This document shows, in pieces, positions 1 to 8,450 of a DNA stretch of 51,027 nt. Below the pieces are notes generated by a model. That model saw nothing but the letters and a program-made list of their open reading frames with translations. It did no database searches and was not told the DNA's origin. Both the position numbers and the translations under genes were made by a program. Source of the stretch: Candidatus Iainarchaeum sp. (lineage in GTDB: Archaea; Iainarchaeota; Iainarchaeia; Iainarchaeales; GCA-2688035); assembly GCA_017610205.1 (NCBI GenBank), contig JAFCCL010000010.1, positions 1 to 51,027 of the forward strand, read 5' to 3'. The stretch's first letter is position 1; every line of letters starts with the position of its first letter.

Positions 1-191
1 ATGAGCCTCGAAAACGACTCACTAAGAACCCCTCTACAAGCCTTCATGGAGAAAGCTTAAAATGACAAAGGACAACCCAGATTATAGAGGGAACATTAAT
101 TCAGGACAACACAGGACCTAAAAAAGACAGAAAGATATTTAAATCAGGGCAGTCTTATTTTGTTAAGGGAATTTTTTTAAGGCGAAATTAT

Positions 192-515
192 ATGAAGCAG
201 GCAAGTTTTTTGGTAAAAAACATTGTAAGCAAATGGCGACCGCCCTTTGGCAAGGATATTTCAGAAATGGAAATGACTGTTTCAGAGGGAAAAAGCTTTG
301 ACACAATGCCAAAAGAGGGCTCTATTTTCAAACTTGTTAAATGTGACGGAGACAAGGCATTGGTTGAATTCAGCGAAAAATTCACCCTGAAAGGCCATCT
401 GCACCCAAGAAACAGACAAATCTGGATTGAAAAAAACGAAGCAGTTGACTTTGCCTATTTATGGGGAGAAGACGGCATAACAAAAAGCATTAAATTAAAG
501 GAAATAATGGATTAA
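192..515 (+). CDS. hypothetical protein (107 aa)
   Basis: Open ORF with codon usage like its neighbours; no recognised motif. Confidence 0.6.
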   Translation: MKQASFLVKNIVSKWRPPFGKDISEMEMTVSEGKSFDTMPKEGSIFKLVKCDGDKALVEFSEKFTLKGHLHPRNRQIWIEKNEAVDFAYLWGEDGITKSIKLKEIMD

Positions 516-535
516 GCATAAGGCTTAAAAACATT

Positions 536-555
536 ATATGAATACTATTTCATAT
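536..555. promoter_or_regulatory. ArsR/SmtB-type operator palindrome ATATGAA-N6-TTCATAT overlapping the regulator start codon
   Basis: Perfect 7-bp inverted arms at 536-542 and 549-555; the TGAA...TTCA core is typical of SmtB/CzrA operators; lies directly on the ArsR ATG (554). Confidence 0.7.
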
Positions 556-871
556 GAAGTCTGGTTCAACTCCGTATCATTTGTGCCTTGAAATTTTAGG
601 AAACCCTTTGAGAGTAGGGCTTATCAAAGAACTTGGAAAAGAACCTAAAAGTGTTGGAGAGCTTGCAAAATCTCTTGGAGAAGAGCAAAGCAAGGTAAGC
701 CACTCTCTTGCCGCGCTGAAGAAATGCTCTTTTGTCGAATCTGAAAAACAGGGAAAGAAAACAATTTACAGGCTGAGTGAAAGTTTGCTAAAAAAAATTG
801 AGGGTGGAAACCTTTTTGAAGCCCTCGAAAACCACCATAAGGAACACAGCTGGGAATGTTGGAGATGCTGA
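554..871 (+). CDS. ArsR/SmtB family transcriptional regulator
   Basis: LGNPLR..I...L......VGELA..LG..QS.VSHSL..L...FV...K.GK..IY winged-HTH pattern; His/Cys-rich tail. Confidence 0.9.
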   Translation: MKSGSTPYHLCLEILGNPLRVGLIKELGKEPKSVGELAKSLGEEQSKVSHSLAALKKCSFVESEKQGKKTIYRLSESLLKKIEGGNLFEALENHHKEHSWECWRC

Positions 872-873
872 TT

Positions 874-2037
874 ATGAAACAGGTTTATTTAGACCACGCT
901 GCAACAACGCCCTTGGATAAAAGGGTTTTGGATGCTATGAAACCATACTTTTCTGAAAAGTTTGGAAATGCAAGCAGCCTGCATTCTTTTGGAACAGATG
1001 CAATGGAAGCCATTGAAAAAGCAAGGGAAAGCATTGCTAAAGTAATTAATGCAAAATCCGAGGAAATTGTTTTTACAAGCGGTGGAACAGAATCTGACAA
1101 TTTGGCATTGCAGGAAATTGGATACTCCAATAGGGGTAAAGGAAACCATATCATTACTACAAAAATAGAACACCACGCAGTTGAAAACACCTGCAAGTTT
1201 TTGGAAAAAGACGGCTTTGAAGTAACCTGGCTTGATGTTGACAAAGAAGGATTTGTTGATTTGAATGAGTTGGAAAAGTCAATAACTGGCAAAACTATTT
1301 TGGTCAGCGTAATGCACGCAAACAACGAGATTGGAACTATTGAACCTGTTGCCGAAATTGGAAAAATTTGCAAAAGCAAGGGGGTTTATTTTCATACAGA
1401 TACAGTTCAAAGCCTTGGAAAGGAAAAGATTGACGTTGAAGCAATGAACATTGATTTGCTTTCGGCTTCAGCCCACAAGTTTTATGGCCCGAAAGGAATC
1501 GGGTTTCTTTACGTAAGGAAGGGTACAAAAATCAACCCTTTAATGCAGGGAGGAATCCACGAAAAGGGATTAAGACCAGGAACAGAAAACGTGCCAGGAA
1601 TTGTCGGAATGGAAAAGGCACTGAATCTTGCTGAAAAAGAAATGGAAAAAGAAAATATTAAAGAAAGAAAGCTTGCAAAAAAAATTGTTGAAGGTGTGTT
1701 GAAAATTGAAAACAGCTGGATTAACGGTCCGCCAGTTGGGAAAAAAAGACTGAGTAACAACATAAACCTTGGCTTTGATTTTGTTGAAGGAGAAAGTATG
1801 GTTTTAATGCTTAGTGACAAGGGAATTGCTGCAAGCACTGGATCAGCGTGCAGTACCAAAAGCCTTAAACCAAGCCATGTTTTAAGAGCAATTGGCTTGC
1901 AACTAGTAAAATGCCATGGTTCGCTAAGGGTTAGTTTGGGAAAAGGAACAAGTGCAAAAGATATCAATTATTTTTTACAGGAATTAAAACCTATTGTGAA
2001 AAGGTTGAGGGAAATTAGCCCTTTGGGAGGCAAATAA
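874..2037 (+). CDS. iscS: cysteine desulfurase (IscS/NifS, group I)
   Basis: YLDHAATT, FGNASSLH, FTSGGTESDN, SAHKFYGPKG (PLP Lys) and STGSAC (catalytic Cys); start placed at ATG 874. Confidence 0.97.
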   Translation: MKQVYLDHAATTPLDKRVLDAMKPYFSEKFGNASSLHSFGTDAMEAIEKARESIAKVINAKSEEIVFTSGGTESDNLALQEIGYSNRGKGNHIITTKIEHHAVENTCKFLEKDGFEVTWLDVDKEGFVDLNELEKSITGKTILVSVMHANNEIGTIEPVAEIGKICKSKGVYFHTDTVQSLGKEKIDVEAMNIDLLSASAHKFYGPKGIGFLYVRKGTKINPLMQGGIHEKGLRPGTENVPGIVGMEKALNLAEKEMEKENIKERKLAKKIVEGVLKIENSWINGPPVGKKRLSNNINLGFDFVEGESMVLMLSDKGIAASTGSACSTKSLKPSHVLRAIGLQLVKCHGSLRVSLGKGTSAKDINYFLQELKPIVKRLREISPLGGK

Positions 2038-2038
2038 A

Positions 2039-2431
2039 ATGTATTCAAAAAAAGTTTTGGAAACCTTTCGATTCCCGAAAAACATCGGCGAGATAAAAAA
2101 TCCAGATGGGCTTGGAAAGGTAGGAAATCCAACCTGTGGAGACGTAATGTGGGTTTACATAAAAGTAAACAAGAACAAAAAGGGACAGGAGATAATTAAA
2201 GATATTAAAGTAAAGACATTTGGATGTGTTGCCGCTATCAGTACAAGCAGTGTGTTAACAACAATGGCGAAAGGAATGACTTTGGAGGATGCACTCAAAA
2301 TTGACAAGCAAAAGATTGCAAAGGAACTGGGTGGCCTGCCGCCCTCAAAAATGCATTGCAGTGTTCTTTCAATGGAAGGTTTGAGAAAAGCGATTGAAGA
2401 CTATAAGAATAAAAAGGCAAGCGCTGATTAA
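2039..2431 (+). CDS. iscU: Fe-S cluster scaffold IscU/NifU-N
   Basis: GNPTCGD, TFGC and KMHCS give the three conserved Cys; directly follows iscS. Confidence 0.96.
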   Translation: MYSKKVLETFRFPKNIGEIKNPDGLGKVGNPTCGDVMWVYIKVNKNKKGQEIIKDIKVKTFGCVAAISTSSVLTTMAKGMTLEDALKIDKQKIAKELGGLPPSKMHCSVLSMEGLRKAIEDYKNKKASAD

Positions 2432-2454
2432 TAAGTAATTCAGGCGATAATGTA

Positions 2455-2796
2455 ATGACCTTAAAACAGGCTATAATAATAAGAACTGACCTTGGAATGG
2501 GAAGAGGCAAAATAGCTGCACAGAGCGCTCACGCAAGCGTTGCAGCACTTGAAAAAGTTACAACAGTAGCATACAATGCATGGGTTGCCCAGGGAATGAA
2601 AAAAATCGTTCTCAGAATAGGAAGCAAAAAAGAACTTCTTGACCTTTTCATGCAGGCAAAAAAGAAGTTTCCAACAGCACTGATTAAGGACGCCGGTCAC
2701 ACACAGGTAAAACCAGGAACTCCAACATGTATTTCCATTGGGCCTACAGAAGAAATTGATCTCAATCTTTTAACAAACGACCTCAAACTTCTTTAA
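2455..2796 (+). CDS. pth2: peptidyl-tRNA hydrolase Pth2
   Basis: R.DL.M..GKIAAQ..HA, DAGHTQV.PG..T..IGP, ends LKLL. Confidence 0.96.
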   Translation: MTLKQAIIIRTDLGMGRGKIAAQSAHASVAALEKVTTVAYNAWVAQGMKKIVLRIGSKKELLDLFMQAKKKFPTALIKDAGHTQVKPGTPTCISIGPTEEIDLNLLTNDLKLL

Positions 2797-2815
2797 TTGC
2801 ACAAGTGCAAAAAAA

Positions 2816-3460
2816 TCAGGCGTAGTCAAATTCACCGGCAACCATTGAAAGACAATGTTGCTTAAAATCAGTTGGCTGTGTTGGAAGCGTGTTACAAATT
2901 TCCTCATCTTCAAGCTCAACAGCAACTGTTGCATGGCACATATACCGTTGTGTTTCATCATCTTCCAAAAAAGTGTCACAGATTGCAATCTTTTCAGCCC
3001 TAATCTGTGGATGTAATGGCTCAAAACACTCGTAAAATTTTGTTACTTTAAAGGGGTCAAGCTCGTTCTCGCTCTCAATATCTAAAAGTATTTCATTGCA
3101 GAGTTCAATCTTTGCAAAGGTTTCCTCTGTTTGAAAAACTGAGGCAACAGCCCTAATGCAATTAATTCTCATTAGCCTTTCCTCTATATTCATGCAATTT
3201 GATGCATCAAGTTCATCTCCTGCTTCATACAGCCAGCAAAGGTCACGTACATACTGTGTATCCTGTGTTCCGCATTCGTCTAAAATGCTTCCTTCTTCAA
3301 CAGTAATAAGCTCTTCGCCAGTAAATCCAAATTCGTTAATGCTTGGAACATATTCTATTTCAGCAGGAGCTGCTTCCTGAGCCTGGTAAAGAACAAAGAC
3401 AATTGCAGCAAGTGCAATAAAAACAAGCACTGCAATAATAATTATTTTTTGAGATTCCAT
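2816..3460 (-). CDS. membrane-anchored acidic protein with Cys-repeat (C..I.....R..C) units
   Basis: N-terminal TM segment followed by repeated paired cysteines. Confidence 0.7.
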   Translation of the reverse strand: MESQKIIIIAVLVFIALAAIVFVLYQAQEAAPAEIEYVPSINEFGFTGEELITVEEGSILDECGTQDTQYVRDLCWLYEAGDELDASNCMNIEERLMRINCIRAVASVFQTEETFAKIELCNEILLDIESENELDPFKVTKFYECFEPLHPQIRAEKIAICDTFLEDDETQRYMCHATVAVELEDEEICNTLPTQPTDFKQHCLSMVAGEFDYA

Positions 3461-3568
3461 CAGCCAATATTATGTCTTAAGGAATATTTAAGCTTTTTCA
3501 GTAAAGAAATTTGACAAACTGACTTAAAGAACTAAGATACTTTTATAAGCGGAAAAGTAGTAATAGTT

Positions 3569-4249
3569 GTGGTGAACCAAGCAGTGGAAAAAAGCAGTCC
3601 AAGACAGGCAAGTATTGTTTCAATCATAAGAGAAATGGTTAAAAGCGGTGAAAGCGAGGAAACAATTCTTGCATCTTTGAAAGAATTGGGCATAAATCAA
3701 AAGGATGCAAAAAAACTCTTACTTTTGGGAGAAGCAGACACATTTGCTTTGCTTCAAAACGAAATAAACAAAATGGTAAAAGAATATTTTGACAAGGAAA
3801 AACCCATGTTGGAAAAACATATAAAGGAAGAAATCAAAGTCGAAGAAAAAGCAATGACTGACAGGGTTGAAAAAAGGTCCTTGGCTGCATTTAAAGAAGA
3901 CCAAAAATTTATTGAAAACCAGGCAACAATGTTTCAGGCACGCGTTAATCAAAGCGTAAAAAACATCCTGCAATTAAACCAGGAAACAAGGCAACAGATT
4001 GCAAACCTCGGAGGCCGTGTTTCAAACAACGAAAGGGAAACATGGTCTTTGAAGGACAGAATTTACGGAAGCAGACTGGTAAGCGTTGTAAGCATGATTT
4101 TGGTAACACTTGAAATAGGACTTGTTGTAACAACAATTGTACTTTTATTTACAGGATTTGGCGGCGTCCCATTCGAAATACTTGTAACCGCTGGTGCAAT
4201 TGGCACAATTCTTGCAACAATGGTTTTTCTAATAAGACTAAAAATATAA
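3569..4249 (+). CDS. coiled-coil protein with two C-terminal TM helices
   Basis: Long ORF, helical charged body, hydrophobic C-terminus. Confidence 0.7.
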   Translation: MVNQAVEKSSPRQASIVSIIREMVKSGESEETILASLKELGINQKDAKKLLLLGEADTFALLQNEINKMVKEYFDKEKPMLEKHIKEEIKVEEKAMTDRVEKRSLAAFKEDQKFIENQATMFQARVNQSVKNILQLNQETRQQIANLGGRVSNNERETWSLKDRIYGSRLVSVVSMILVTLEIGLVVTTIVLLFTGFGGVPFEILVTAGAIGTILATMVFLIRLKI

Positions 4250-4267
4250 AAAAAACATTTTCCAAAA

Positions 4268-4408
4268 TTAGAATTGTTTCTCATTTGCTGCCTTAAATTC
4301 CTTCAACGCATTCAAAGCATCCTTTAACAAAACCTTGTTCCGAATTCCCTTTGTTTCAGTAAGCTTTAGCTTAAGCTCTGAAATCATGTCATCAACAAGA
4401 AGTCTCAT
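4268..4408 (-). CDS. small hypothetical protein, 46 aa (MRLLVDDMISELKLKLTETKGIRNKVLLKDALNALKEFKAANEKQF)
   Basis: Translated by hand; ATG 25 bp downstream of the hjc stop on the same strand; amphipathic helix pattern; below the ORF-track cutoff. Confidence 0.55.
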   Translation of the reverse strand: MRLLVDDMISELKLKLTETKGIRNKVLLKDALNALKEFKAANEKQF

Positions 4409-4432
4409 AAAAAATACTTCCTTAAAAAAGCT

Positions 4433-4828
4433 TTAAAAGCCGTCACCGGCAACAACTTCAAACAAAACCCCTGTTTTCATTGCATGCTTTTGATTAATTG
4501 TAAAAAACTTGCCTGTGTTCTTCAACTGTTCCGGCTTTAAAAAAAACCAGCCCTTTCGCGGAATCTTCCAGGCAACCCATGGCTCACTTCCGGCTTTTTT
4601 TGCCCAATCCCTCAATTCACCAATTTGCCCCACAGAAATTGCAAGATTCTTTGCCTTCCTTGCCTTGCATTCAACAGAAACAATTCGCTTATTTTTAATT
4701 GCAATAATGTCAGGAGCAGGCAAAGGGCTTGTTCCAGAACCAGCAATTCTAACAACAGAAAAGCCCCTGTCAAAAAACAAGTGCATTAATTCCCTTTCAG
4801 CATTTGCACCCTTGGAATGGTAAACCAT
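4433..4828 (-). CDS. hjc: Holliday junction resolvase Hjc
   Basis: KG...EREL, GFSVVR.AGSG, PDIIA and VECK PD-(D/E)XK motifs; start at ATG 4828. Confidence 0.93.
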   Translation of the reverse strand: MVYHSKGANAERELMHLFFDRGFSVVRIAGSGTSPLPAPDIIAIKNKRIVSVECKARKAKNLAISVGQIGELRDWAKKAGSEPWVAWKIPRKGWFFLKPEQLKNTGKFFTINQKHAMKTGVLFEVVAGDGF

Positions 4829-4876
4829 AAATATTAAAAAGCAGGAAGGACATAAAAATAAATAGGAAAACAAAAA

Positions 4877-5128
4877 ATGAAACGAAAACCAGACCCGAGA
4901 AAAGATTTGCGAGACGTGAGCCGCAAGTTAAACGATTCAGAATATGCAAAAAAAGTAGGGCAGAACGTGCAGCTTAAAAGGCAGGAAACGAAAATAAAAA
5001 TGCAAATAGCCCGAGTTGAAGCAGAATTAGAAAAGGCAAAGGCCCCCAAACGCGCAAAAATTCTAAAAATTCTTAAAGGTCTTAGAAAAGCGGCAGAACT
5101 TCACAAAACCACATTCTTCAAAAAATAG
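4877..5128 (+). CDS. small very basic hypothetical protein
   Basis: 83-aa K/R-rich helical ORF. Confidence 0.55.
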   Translation: MKRKPDPRKDLRDVSRKLNDSEYAKKVGQNVQLKRQETKIKMQIARVEAELEKAKAPKRAKILKILKGLRKAAELHKTTFFKK

Positions 5129-5317
5129 AAATTTGCACTTTAACAGGGACAAAAACTAGGCTTTTTAATTCTTTACTATACATAATTATTTTGTAGAATT
5201 GGGTCTTTTTGGGCAAAAGCCCTTTAAAGGCTTTTTAAAAAATTAAGAAATTAAGAATTTATCAAAATTAAGAAAGCCAGTATTAATTAAAAAGCATTTT
5301 ATTGTTAATTGCTTTAA

Positions 5318-5614
5318 ATGGTTGAAAAAGTTTTGAAAATCAAGGAAACCAAGCAAGGCATTTTGTTGCCTGTAATGGTTATCCCAAAGGGCAAAGAATT
5401 TGCCGTAATTGGTTTTGATGAATGGAACAGCAGCCTGAAAATAAGGCTGCAGGAAAAACCGGAAAAAGGAAAGGCAAACCAGGAATTGCTTAAAGAACTG
5501 CGCAATTTTTTTGGCGCAGAAGTTGAAATTGTTAAAGGAAAAAAACAGCGGGAAAAAATTCTGCTGGTTCACGCAGGGAAAAAAAGCGTGGAAGAAAGCC
5601 TTTCCAGCCTTTGA
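5318..5614 (+). CDS. UPF0235/DUF167 (YggU-like) protein
   Basis: LKIRL...PEKGKANQEL...L..FFG..VEIVKG...REK. Confidence 0.9.
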   Translation: MVEKVLKIKETKQGILLPVMVIPKGKEFAVIGFDEWNSSLKIRLQEKPEKGKANQELLKELRNFFGAEVEIVKGKKQREKILLVHAGKKSVEESLSSL

Positions 5615-5660
5615 AGGCAAGAACTTGATTCTACACCAAAAAGAAAAGGTGATTTAAAAA

Positions 5661-7100
5661 ATGGCAAAAACTTATCTGAGTACTGTAAAGTATGTTATAA
5701 AAACAAACTTTACAATTGAAGGAATAGTAGACAAGCATGACATAATCGGAGCCATATTTGGCCAAAGCGAGGGATTAATAGGCGAAGAAATGGACTTAAA
5801 AGAATTGCAAAAAAACGGAAAGCTTGGCCGAATTGAAGTTGAAACAGAAGTAAAAAGCGGAAAAACTGTTGGAATTTTAACAATTCCAAGCAGCCTTGAC
5901 AGGGTGCAAACAAGCATTCTTGCAGCGGCAATTGAATCAGTTGACAAAGTAGGACCCTGCAACAGCGAATTTGTAACAACCTCTATTGAAGACGCAAGAA
6001 AAGAAAAAAGGAAAACAGTTACTGAAAGAGCAAAAGAACTCTTGCTAAAAATGGGAACAGACATGCCTGAAACACAGGAGCTTGCGGAAGAAATAAGGGG
6101 ACTTGCAAGAACCTCTGATTTGAAAGAAATAGGCAGGGATAAAATCCCAATAGGACCAGAAGTTGACTCAAGCAGGGAATTAATTCTTGTGGAAGGAAGA
6201 GCAGACGTCATAAACCTTGTAAAGCACGGAATTAAAAACGTTGCAGGAATAGGCGGAGCAAAAATTTCAAGAACAATTATAAACCTTGTAAAAGGAAAAA
6301 ACGTAACTATCTTTGTTGACGGAGACAGAGGCGGGGATATTATTGCAAGACAAATGTGCCAAGCAATGAAAATAGAATTTATTGCAAAAGCCCCTGACGG
6401 AAAAGAAGTTGAAGAATTAACATTAAAGGAAATTCTTTCAGCACTCAGAAAAAAAGAAGAATCTGAAAAAGTTCAAAATGAAAAAAGAATTCCTTACAGG
6501 ACAACAAGAGCACCTGTGGGAAGAAGTACTGAAAGAGAACCTGGCACCAGAAGCCCTGGCAGAAGAAGCTATGGAATCAGGGAAAGCGCTCCAAGAGAAA
6601 GAAGCTATGAAAGCAGAAGCAGGGCATCTGGAAGCAGAAGCTATGGAACAGACAGCCCAAGAAGCAGAAGCTATGGAACAGACAGCCCAAGAAGCAGAAG
6701 CTATGGAGAAAGAACTGGAAGAAGCCCTAGGCCAAGAAGCGGAAGCTATGAAAGACCAAAGCCCAGAAGTAATTTTGACAGACCTAATGCAAGACCAGTT
6801 GAACTGCCAGTAATACAACCAAAAGACATTGGGATATACACAAAACCAATGCAGGAACTTGAAGGAAGCCTAAAAGCACGCTTTTTTGACACAAAAATGA
6901 AAAAGCTCAAAGAAGTCAACGTAAGAGAACTATTGAAAGAAATTGGAAAGACAAAATCCACAGAAGCAATAGTCTTTGACGGAATAGTGACAAAAAGGCT
7001 GCTTGAAGCTGCTGAAAAAAGCAAAATAAAGCAACTTGTCGGCGTAAAAAAAGGCAGAATTGAAGACTCGGAAACAGTAAAGGTTTCAACCCTTTACTAA
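5661..7100 (+). CDS. dnaG: archaeal DnaG-like protein (exosome-associated, Toprim domain)
   Basis: DIIGAIFGQSEGL, ELQK.GKLGRI, LVEGRADV.NL, DGDRGG, FDGIVT.RL. Confidence 0.96.
   Translation: MAKTYLSTVKYVIKTNFTIEGIVDKHDIIGAIFGQSEGLIGEEMDLKELQKNGKLGRIEVETEVKSGKTVGILTIPSSLDRVQTSILAAAIESVDKVGPCNSEFVTTSIEDARKEKRKTVTERAKELLLKMGTDMPETQELAEEIRGLARTSDLKEIGRDKIPIGPEVDSSRELILVEGRADVINLVKHGIKNVAGIGGAKISRTIINLVKGKNVTIFVDGDRGGDIIARQMCQAMKIEFIAKAPDGKEVEELTLKEILSALRKKEESEKVQNEKRIPYRTTRAPVGRSTEREPGTRSPGRRSYGIRESAPRERSYESRSRASGSRSYGTDSPRSRSYGTDSPRSRSYGERTGRSPRPRSGSYERPKPRSNFDRPNARPVELPVIQPKDIGIYTKPMQELEGSLKARFFDTKMKKLKEVNVRELLKEIGKTKSTEAIVFDGIVTKRLLEAAEKSKIKQLVGVKKGRIEDSETVKVSTLY
6631..6707 (+). repeat. 30-bp tandem repeat (about 2.5 copies) inside dnaG, encoding SRSYGTDSPR
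   Basis: gaagcagaagctatggaacagacagcccaa at 6631 and 6661, partial copy at 6691. Confidence 0.95.
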
Positions 7101-7105
7101 TTCCT

Positions 7106-7543
7106 TTATTTTTTTCCCTTTTTTTTAAAATGCCTTGCCGCAGGCTTCTTCAAATCAGACTCTGCAAAATCAGGTTTTACAACCCTTGTTTTGTAAAGGA
7201 AAAGACCCAAAACAAAAATTGCTGCCCAAAACAAAAGCTCAGCAATAGGCAAAAGCAAGGTAATTGTAAACTGCCTTTCGGTAATTCTGGGCTGGTCAGG
7301 CCTCAGCTGCAATCCAGTAATGTTATACAACGAATCCTTGCAGTCAAGATATTGCAGCATTGCAACCTGATTAGTCTGTGTTCCAATCTGCGAAACACAA
7401 GCAGGGTATTTGCTCATTGCATCCCAGGAATCAAACATGTGACCTGAGGAAACAACAAACATTACAACTGCAAGAAGCAAAATAAACGAGCCTAAAAGTC
7501 TTGGCAGAAAAATCCTGCTTTTTCCAAAATAAAAGAAAGCCAT
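7106..7543 (-). CDS. two-TM membrane protein with a disulfide-capable extracellular loop
   Basis: Two hydrophobic segments flanking a loop with two Cys; basic tail. Confidence 0.7.
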   Translation of the reverse strand: MAFFYFGKSRIFLPRLLGSFILLLAVVMFVVSSGHMFDSWDAMSKYPACVSQIGTQTNQVAMLQYLDCKDSLYNITGLQLRPDQPRITERQFTITLLLPIAELLFWAAIFVLGLFLYKTRVVKPDFAESDLKKPAARHFKKKGKK

Positions 7544-7599
7544 TCGAAATAGTAATGCATTATTAATATTTAAATGTTGGCTTCAAAGTAATTTTATAA

Positions 7600-7671
7600 G
7601 GACCCGTGGTCTAGTGGTATGACATCACCTTTACAAGGTGAGGGTCGCCGGTTCGATCCCGGCCGGGTCCA
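7600..7671 (+). tRNA. tRNA-Val (TAC)
   Basis: Acceptor GGACCCG/CGGGTCC, anticodon arm TCACC-TTTACAA-GGTGA, T loop GTTCGATCC. Confidence 0.96.
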
Positions 7672-7770
7672 ATAGCCGCCACAGCCGACTGGTCTGAGCA
7701 AGAAGCCTATTTCGCTTGGATTCAATAGGCTGGCTTCGCTTTGTTTAACAAAAATTTGTTCAACTTGATT

Positions 7771-8145
7771 TTAAAAATAGCTTTTTCCAGGAGCTGTATC
7801 GTTCTTTGTTAACTGTATTTGGTATTCCGGATCATAGATTTTAGTTATCTTATATTTTCCAGAAGTTTTGTGTTCTTTCCCATTCCAAGTGATTGTTTGT
7901 TCCAGAACAATTATTGTTCCCCAGTATAGCCACTTGCCACCTATATTGTGTACAAGAAATACTCTTGTTGGAGCAAGGTGGTATATTCTAGCGTTTGATT
8001 TATCGTGAAATTCAAAAACTTTGTCTCTAACTTCGTTCAAGGTAACAGGTTTTTCTTGATGTTTTTTTAAATCAAGAATATCGCCAGGAAAACCCTGCTC
8101 GGCAGTAATCTGTAAGGTGTCATTCAATTCAACAAAACTTCCCAT
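7771..8145 (-). CDS. hypothetical protein next to tRNA-Val
   Basis: Clean 124-aa ORF with globular composition; convergent with the tRNA. Confidence 0.75.
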   Translation of the reverse strand: MGSFVELNDTLQITAEQGFPGDILDLKKHQEKPVTLNEVRDKVFEFHDKSNARIYHLAPTRVFLVHNIGGKWLYWGTIIVLEQTITWNGKEHKTSGKYKITKIYDPEYQIQLTKNDTAPGKSYF

Positions 8146-8265
8146 TAAAATAATAAAAGAACAAGATGTTTTTAAACAAAATGCAAAGCAATGAACTTTG
8201 AAGAAGCAGGCAAAAAAAAAGCGTTTTGAAAAGGATTAAATAAAAGGTTTATCTTAGTTTATTCA

Positions 8266-8448
8266 ATGGCTGAAAAAGGCAGAAAAATTTCAATTGATGT
8301 TCTAATGGAAGGCCCCGGAGGCGAACTTGTATTTAAAGAAGTTAAGGCAAGCAAAAATGATTTGAAGGAATTAATTGAGGCAAGCAGGAATCCTGTAATA
8401 AAACGCAATGTTTTCAAAGCAGGAAGTGAAAAAAAGATTAAGGTGTAA
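8266..8448 (+). CDS. small hypothetical protein
   Basis: 60-aa ORF ending 2 bp before the next gene. Confidence 0.55.
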   Translation: MAEKGRKISIDVLMEGPGGELVFKEVKASKNDLKELIEASRNPVIKRNVFKAGSEKKIKV

Positions 8449-8450
8449 CA

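Noticed and set aside
1-121. Two tiny ORFs at the window start
   Set aside because: 19 codons each; the first may be the tail of a gene cut by the window edge and cannot be assigned.
6478-6813. Alternative-frame ORF with EAEAME repeats
   Set aside because: Shadow of the dnaG low-complexity repeat.
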